The notes beneath the pieces were generated by a model that did no database searches, was not told the origin of the DNA, and saw only the letters and a program-made list of their open reading frames with translations. A DNA stretch of 64,000 nt, taken from assembly GCA_965247455.1 (NCBI GenBank), contig CBDFHE010000003.1:3332-67331 (forward strand), read 5' to 3'. Of this stretch, positions 58,062 through 64,000 are shown in pieces; positions within the stretch are counted from its first letter, which is position 1, and every line of letters begins with the position of its first letter. The DNA is from Candidatus Acidiferrales bacterium. Lineage in GTDB: Bacteria; Acidobacteriota; Terriglobia; Acidiferrales; 2-02-FULL-67-57. A program made the position numbers and the translations under genes.

Positions 58062-58991
58062 GTGACTGACCTGTTGCGCAAGGCATTGAATGGGTTGCGG
58101 GCGCTGGCGGAAGACCGCCGCCGGGGCGCGGCGGAGATCGCCGACCGGGCGGCCGCCCTGCTGGAACGCTATCTGGAACGGGTGCAGTCCGACGACCCGC
58201 GCCTGTCCTACGCGCTGGCCGAGTTGGCCGAGGCCACCCTGCAGGTGCAGCCTTCCATGGCGCCGCTGGTCAACTTGGCCAACCGCTTGCAGCTGGCGGC
58301 TGAGGGGGAACGCTCCCCGGTGCGCCAGATGCGGGCCGAGTTGGAAAAGTTCCGCCGTCACCAGCAGCAGGCCAGCGAAAAGATCGCCCGGCTGTTTGCC
58401 GCGCGCCTGCCGCGGCGGGCGACGGTGATGACCTACACCTACAGCTCCACCGTGCTGGCGGCGCTGCTGGCCGGTCGGCGGTGCATCAGTCGGATCATTG
58501 TCTCGGAAGCCCGCCCGCTGCTGGAAGGGCGCACAGTGGCCAAGCAGTTGGCGGAGGCCGGCCTGCCGGTGACGCTGGTGGTGGACGCGGCTCTGGGCGA
58601 GCACGTGCGCGCCGCCGATGTAGTGGTGGTGGGCGCCGATGCGGTGTTCGAGGGGACCTACTTCAACAAGCTGGGCACGCGCATTCTGCAAGAGCAGGCG
58701 CGGGCGGTGCGCAAGCCGTTCTACGTGCTGGCCGACACCGCCAAATTCGTGCCGCCCGCGCTGGCGTCGTGGATGCGGGTGGAGGACAAGCCCACGGCGG
58801 AGGTTTGGAAGGAAGCGCCGCGCGAGGTTACGGTGGTGAACCGCTACTTTGAGGTGATTCAGTTGGAGCGCTTCGTCACCCTGCTGTGCGAGCGGGGCAT
58901 GATGCCGATGGGGCGGTTGCGCGCCTGGGTGGAACACATGCCGGTTGCCCGGCGCTGGCAGGAGAATCCCTCGGCAGGAGGAAGTTGGTGA
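58062..58991 (+). CDS. eIF-2B alpha/beta/delta-like family protein (sugar-phosphate isomerase-like)
   Basis: The pattern VMTYTYSSTVLAAL...IIVSEARPLLEGR...VVVGADAV...NKLGT is typical of the IF-2B family. GTG start chosen to avoid overlap with the divergent tsaD. Confidence 0.6.
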   Translation: MTDLLRKALNGLRALAEDRRRGAAEIADRAAALLERYLERVQSDDPRLSYALAELAEATLQVQPSMAPLVNLANRLQLAAEGERSPVRQMRAELEKFRRHQQQASEKIARLFAARLPRRATVMTYTYSSTVLAALLAGRRCISRIIVSEARPLLEGRTVAKQLAEAGLPVTLVVDAALGEHVRAADVVVVGADAVFEGTYFNKLGTRILQEQARAVRKPFYVLADTAKFVPPALASWMRVEDKPTAEVWKEAPREVTVVNRYFEVIQLERFVTLLCERGMMPMGRLRAWVEHMPVARRWQENPSAGGSW

Positions 58992-59905
58992 GCACGAACA
59001 AGAAGGTACGCAAGGCGGTGCTGCCGGTGGCAGGGCTGGGGACGCGCTTCTTGCCCGCCACCAAGGCGCAGCCGAAAGAGATGCTGCCGGTGGTGGACAA
59101 GCCGCTGATTCAGTACGCGGTGGAAGAAGCGGTGGCGAGCGGCATCGAGGACATCATCCTGGTCACCAGCCACGGCAAGGATTCGATTGAAGAGCACTTC
59201 GACGCCGACCACGACCTGGTCAGCCTGCTCGAAGGCCGCGGCAAGCAGGACGAGGCGGCGCTGGTGCGGCGGACGGGTGAGCTGGCGAAGGTGTTTTCCG
59301 TCCGGCAGAAAGAGCCGCTGGGACTGGGCCACGCGGTCGGTTGCGCGCGCGATGCGGTGGGCGACGAGCCCTTCGCGGTCATCCTGCCCGACGACGTGAT
59401 TGACTCGCCTTTGCCCTGCACCCAACAACTGTTGGAGGTGCACGCCGCGTACGGCGGCTGCATCATCGCCACCGAGGAAGTCCACGGCTCGGCTATTGAG
59501 CGCTACGGCGTGATGGCGGTCGAGCCCTTCAGGGCGAGCCTTCAGGGCGAGCCCGCCGGCGACTCCCGTTGGGCGGGGCGGCTGCATCGCGTGACCGACA
59601 TGGTGGAGAAACCCAAGGCCAGCGAGGCGCCTTCGCCCTACGTCGTCATCGGGCGCTACATCCTGGAGCCGGAAATCTTCGACCTGATCGACAGCACCAA
59701 GCCCGGCCGCGGGGGAGAAATTCAGTTGACCGACGCCCTGCTGGCCTTCGCCCGACAGAAGGCGGTCTATGCGTTTGCGTTCGAGGGCCGCCACAACGAC
59801 GCCGGCAATAAGCTCGGCTTCCTGCGCGCCACCGTCCACTACGCCCTCAAACACCCCGAGCTCGGCCCGCCCTTCCGCGACTATCTCAGGTCCCTCAAGC
59901 TGTAG
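58988..59905 (+). CDS. galU: UTP--glucose-1-phosphate uridylyltransferase
   Basis: KAVLPVAGLGTRFLPATKAQPKEMLPVVDKPLIQY and VEKP. The GTGA start overlaps the upstream stop, and SD aggagga is present. Confidence 0.85.
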   Translation: MSTNKKVRKAVLPVAGLGTRFLPATKAQPKEMLPVVDKPLIQYAVEEAVASGIEDIILVTSHGKDSIEEHFDADHDLVSLLEGRGKQDEAALVRRTGELAKVFSVRQKEPLGLGHAVGCARDAVGDEPFAVILPDDVIDSPLPCTQQLLEVHAAYGGCIIATEEVHGSAIERYGVMAVEPFRASLQGEPAGDSRWAGRLHRVTDMVEKPKASEAPSPYVVIGRYILEPEIFDLIDSTKPGRGGEIQLTDALLAFARQKAVYAFAFEGRHNDAGNKLGFLRATVHYALKHPELGPPFRDYLRSLKL

Positions 59906-59942
59906 CGCATCAGCGCCGAAGTCTCCTTAAAGAGAGGTAAGC

Positions 59943-60776
59943 GTGCGTTTGATGAGGAGAGTTCGACTGCTGCCGCTGGTTGTGGTGGTGGTGTTGGTCG
60001 AGGGGTCCGTTCCGGCGGCGCCAATGGACCGAGGAAGCGCGCTCGACCTTCAGTTGGTGCGGGAGTTGCGCGCCACCTTCCCGCGCCTGAAGGCATTGCT
60101 GGCGGCGGACCAGCCCGACCAGGAACAGGTGCGCGCCACTCTGATGCGGCTGCTGGATAGCATCCCTGATTCGCCGTCCGAGCGCCAGCCGGTGCTGCTG
60201 CTGGCGGCCGACCGCCTGGCAGCGGGGCTGTGGGTGGGTTGGCAGCCCGCGTCAAGCTGGAAGCCGCAGCGCAAGCAGCTGCCCGGCTACCAGTTGACCT
60301 ACGAGTGGGTCCCGCGCCAGGCACGCTGGGCCTACATGCGCGACTTGCAGCGGCGCGTGTGGGAGAACTACGCCGACACGGAGTGGGGCGAGCTTGCTTT
60401 CGTCCTGCTCACCAACCAGGGCTGGGACACCAGCTCGACCTGCGCCAACGGCCGCGACCAGTTCCGCGAGGTCATCCAACGCGGAGAGGAGTTTCTGGCC
60501 GCGCGCCCGGAGAGTCCCCACCGGATGGAAGTGGTGTTTGCGCTGGCGCAGGCGTACGAGACCTGGTTCTCCCTCAGCCAGGCGTCCGGTTCCGAGGGCG
60601 GCCCCTCCTACCGGGAAGGCGCCGACGAGGCGCGCGCAAAAGCGGTGGCGTACTACAACCAGGTTGTGCAGGCGGCGCCCAAGAGCGAGCAAGCCGCCTA
60701 CGTGCAGCAGCGGCTCTCGCGGCTCAAGCTGAGCCTCGACACCAACCAGCGCCGCTTCTATTGCGTTTACAACTGA
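59943..60776 (+). CDS. Hypothetical secreted protein
   Basis: An N-terminal hydrophobic signal-like segment and coding-like composition. No family was recognised. Confidence 0.45.
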   Translation: MRLMRRVRLLPLVVVVVLVEGSVPAAPMDRGSALDLQLVRELRATFPRLKALLAADQPDQEQVRATLMRLLDSIPDSPSERQPVLLLAADRLAAGLWVGWQPASSWKPQRKQLPGYQLTYEWVPRQARWAYMRDLQRRVWENYADTEWGELAFVLLTNQGWDTSSTCANGRDQFREVIQRGEEFLAARPESPHRMEVVFALAQAYETWFSLSQASGSEGGPSYREGADEARAKAVAYYNQVVQAAPKSEQAAYVQQRLSRLKLSLDTNQRRFYCVYN

Positions 60777-60848
60777 GGTGTCCGGCAGATTCTCAGCGGG
60801 GCGAGGCTTGCTCAGCCTGAAATTGAAAATGCGATGCTTGGAGGGGCG

Positions 60849-61178
60849 TTAGTCGGAGGTTTTGGACCCGGGGGTGGATTCCTTGGATCCCGTTTTCGTT
60901 TCGCTCTTGCCGCTGTCTTTCGTTCCGCTGTCCTTGGCGGCGCTGTCTTTGGTGCCCTTGTCGGGCTTGCCCTCGTTTTTTCCCTCCGAGGGGGCGGGCT
61001 TGCGAGCGTAGTCGGTGACGTACCAGCCGCTGCCCTTGAACTGAATGGCGGGGGCGGAGAGCTGGCGCTCGGCCGTCTCCCCGCAACTGGGGCAGGCGGT
61101 CTGGGGCGGGTCGGAGAACTTCTGGATCAGCTCGAACCGCTTCCCGCAGCTTGTGCACTGGTATTCGTAGAGCGGCAT
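60849..61178 (-). CDS. FmdB-family zinc-ribbon protein
   Basis: MPLYEYQCTSCGKRFE....CPSCG, the CxxC..CxxC signature, followed by a Lys/Ser/Asp-rich tail. Confidence 0.8.
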   Translation of the reverse strand: MPLYEYQCTSCGKRFELIQKFSDPPQTACPSCGETAERQLSAPAIQFKGSGWYVTDYARKPAPSEGKNEGKPDKGTKDSAAKDSGTKDSGKSETKTGSKESTPGSKTSD

Positions 61179-61306
61179 AGAAAAGAATCCTGCGCCCAAA
61201 GCAAAAGAAAGATTCTAGCGCTCGCCGGTTGAGAGCGTCAAGCAAACCGCTGCGGCGGTAGTCGGTCAAAACCGTGTTGCTACAATGCTGCATCCTTAGC
61301 CATGTC

Positions 61307-61357
61307 CAGCCCAGCGGCCCCCGCCGCTGGGTTCCGGTGGAGGGCCACCGGGGTGGA
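61307..61357. repeat. Double-hairpin intergenic repeat, copy 2
   Basis: cagcccagcggcccccgccgctggg..ccggtgg.gggccaccgg, related to 53832-53882. Confidence 0.6.
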
Positions 61358-61585
61358 CGCGGACAGAGCCCACCACCGGCAGACAGCAATGTTTCTGCCC
61401 AGCCAGCAAAAAGGAAAAATTCAGTGGCGCAGGCATTCCTGCCTGCGGTGGCAGGGCAAGCCGCTGTTGGTGGGAGAAACTCTGCACCTCTTCCGGACAC
61501 CCATGTTTCGGAGGAGGGAGGAAAGAGCTGCGCGGTCGGCGCGCCGGTGTGCTAGACTTTTGGCAGCCTAGCCTGTGGGGGAGCG

Positions 61586-62482
61586 ATGGTGACCCAAGCG
61601 GAACCTTACCCAGCGCCCCGGCGCAACGCCGCGGGCGGCTGCCTCTATCTAGTAGCGACGCCTATCGGTAACCTGGAAGACATCACCCTGCGGGCGCTGC
61701 GGGTGCTGAAAGAAGTTGACCTGATCGCCTGCGAAGACACGCGCCGGACCTCCAAGCTCCTCAACCATTACGACATCCACAAGCGGGAGAAGAGCTACCA
61801 CCAGCACAACGAGATGGTGCGCGCGGCCGAGCTGGTGCTGGAGATGGAGCAGGGGGCGCAGGTGGCACTGGTGAGCGACGCCGGGCTGCCGGGGGTGTCC
61901 GACCCCGGGCATCACTTGGTGTCGCTGGCGATTCGCCACGGGATTCCGGTGGTGCCGGTGCCGGGGCCGACGGCTTTTTCGGCCGCGCTCAGCGCTTCCG
62001 GGCTGGCTACGGACAACTTCCACTTTGTCGGCTTCCTGCCCGCCACCCGCACGCGGCGGCGCAAAGCTCTGAAGGCGGTGGCCGAGGCGGCGGGCACGCT
62101 GATCTTCTACGAAGCGCCGCACCGCATCACGGAGTCGCTGGCCGACCTGGCGGCGCTGCTGGGCGACCGGCCGGCGGTGCTGGCGCGCGAAGTGACCAAG
62201 GTGCACGAGGAATTCCTGCGCGGCCGCCTGCCGCAACTGGCGGCCACGGTGAAGAAGCGCACGCTCAAGGGCGAGATCACGGTGCTGGTGGGTCCGCCCG
62301 ACGAGCTGACCCGCAAGCAACCGCGCAAGCGCGAGGTCTCAATCCGCCGGCAGGTCGAGCGCGTACAGAAACAAAAAAAGCTCGACCTCAAGGGCGCGCT
62401 CAAGCAGGTCGCGCGCGAACTGGGCCTTTCCCGCAGCGAAGCCTACCGCCGCCTGCAAGAAGAAAAAGCCCTGGAAGAGTAG
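61586..62482 (+). CDS. rsmI: 16S rRNA (cytidine1402-2'-O)-methyltransferase
   Basis: LYLVATPIGNLEDITLRALRVLKEVDLIACEDTR, the tetrapyrrole-methylase-fold RsmI signature. Confidence 0.85.
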   Translation: MVTQAEPYPAPRRNAAGGCLYLVATPIGNLEDITLRALRVLKEVDLIACEDTRRTSKLLNHYDIHKREKSYHQHNEMVRAAELVLEMEQGAQVALVSDAGLPGVSDPGHHLVSLAIRHGIPVVPVPGPTAFSAALSASGLATDNFHFVGFLPATRTRRRKALKAVAEAAGTLIFYEAPHRITESLADLAALLGDRPAVLAREVTKVHEEFLRGRLPQLAATVKKRTLKGEITVLVGPPDELTRKQPRKREVSIRRQVERVQKQKKLDLKGALKQVARELGLSRSEAYRRLQEEKALEE

Positions 62483-62608
62483 AGTTCTCCTCTCCGTTCA
62501 GTGGCGCAGTCATTCCTGCCTGCCTGCGGTAGGCAGGTCTGCCCCACCAATTTTTGTAAGGGAAGAAAGGTCGACGAAGCCCGTACGGGCTTCGCCGCTA
62601 CTTGGTTA

Positions 62609-62953
62609 CTAGGTGGATTCGGGCATGTAGGTGCGCAGACGGGGGCCGGTGAAGCGGACACCGATCTCCCACTCGCCTTCCTTGGTGGAAGTGATGCGGC
62701 GGACTTCGCCGGTGGTTTCAAAGTTGGCCTGCGCGCCGCGCCGGCGTGGGATGGTCAGCTTCAACTCCTGGCCCGGCACCAGCTCGCGGGCGGTGAGGAA
62801 GCTGGCGCCATCGCGGCTGAGGTTGTAACTCTGGGTAGTGTCATCGAACGGCTCGCCGTGCTTGTCCTTTCCACGAACCACCAGCGCAAGTGAGACCTCG
62901 ATGCGGTGGCTGGTGCGCCGCTCGGCCGCCTCAATGTTTTTGTCCTTGGCCAT
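62609..62953 (-). CDS. PilZ domain protein
   Basis: RRTSHR (RxxxR) and NLSRDG (D/NxSxxG), the c-di-GMP-binding motifs of PilZ domains. Confidence 0.7.
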   Translation of the reverse strand: MAKDKNIEAAERRTSHRIEVSLALVVRGKDKHGEPFDDTTQSYNLSRDGASFLTARELVPGQELKLTIPRRRGAQANFETTGEVRRITSTKEGEWEIGVRFTGPRLRTYMPEST

Positions 62954-62961
62954 TGCGCTCC

Positions 62962-63999
<1,038 letters not shown>

Positions 64000-64000
64000 A

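Overview
High-GC bacterial chromosomal segment with short AT-richer islets. It is probably Acidobacteriota; this is an inference from an ADOP-type FtsX permease remnant, a GxxExxY gene, giant multi-PAS kinases and GC-rich palindromic intergenic repeats. Housekeeping genes include an EF-G-like GTPase, a Cys/Met PLP enzyme, ribokinase, greA, carD, aroC, def, fmt, rpe, bamD, valS, nadC, birA, coaX, tsaD, galU, rsmI and dus. Four very large sensor kinases are clearly mosaic. Two share a 724 bp apparently identical PAS segment, and two share a ~1.1 kb near-identical transmitter module. One kinase carries an HNOBA-type sensor and is translationally coupled to a frameshifted H-NOX gene. Two near-identical 1671 bp IS1380-like elements, each with a 4 bp target duplication, interrupt two ORFs; both ORFs can be rebuilt in frame. 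The most interesting region is 35.7-41.9 kb, which is inserted after fmt and bracketed by ~220 bp direct repeats of the fmt 3-prime end. It encodes three paralogous secreted proteins, each with a Sec signal peptide followed by a double-glycine-type leader motif. These are followed by a standalone periplasmic C39-like cysteine peptidase and an outer-membrane protein with a coiled coil, a linker and a beta-barrel. This is the FapD/FapF-type architecture of Pseudomonas functional amyloid export, but the substrates look unrelated to known Fap subunits. Other accessory items are a VapBC pair, a DUF3800 gene, a ParB-like plus PC4-like islet and a two-gene orphan module. At least six otherwise conserved ORFs carry single lesions (three 1-nt indels, one G7 homopolymer indel, one in-frame TGA, one in-frame TAG). 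This means either genuine gene decay or assembly errors. No rRNA, tRNA or CRISPR array was recognised. All coordinates and identities were derived by eye from the sequence and ORF track; no searches were run.
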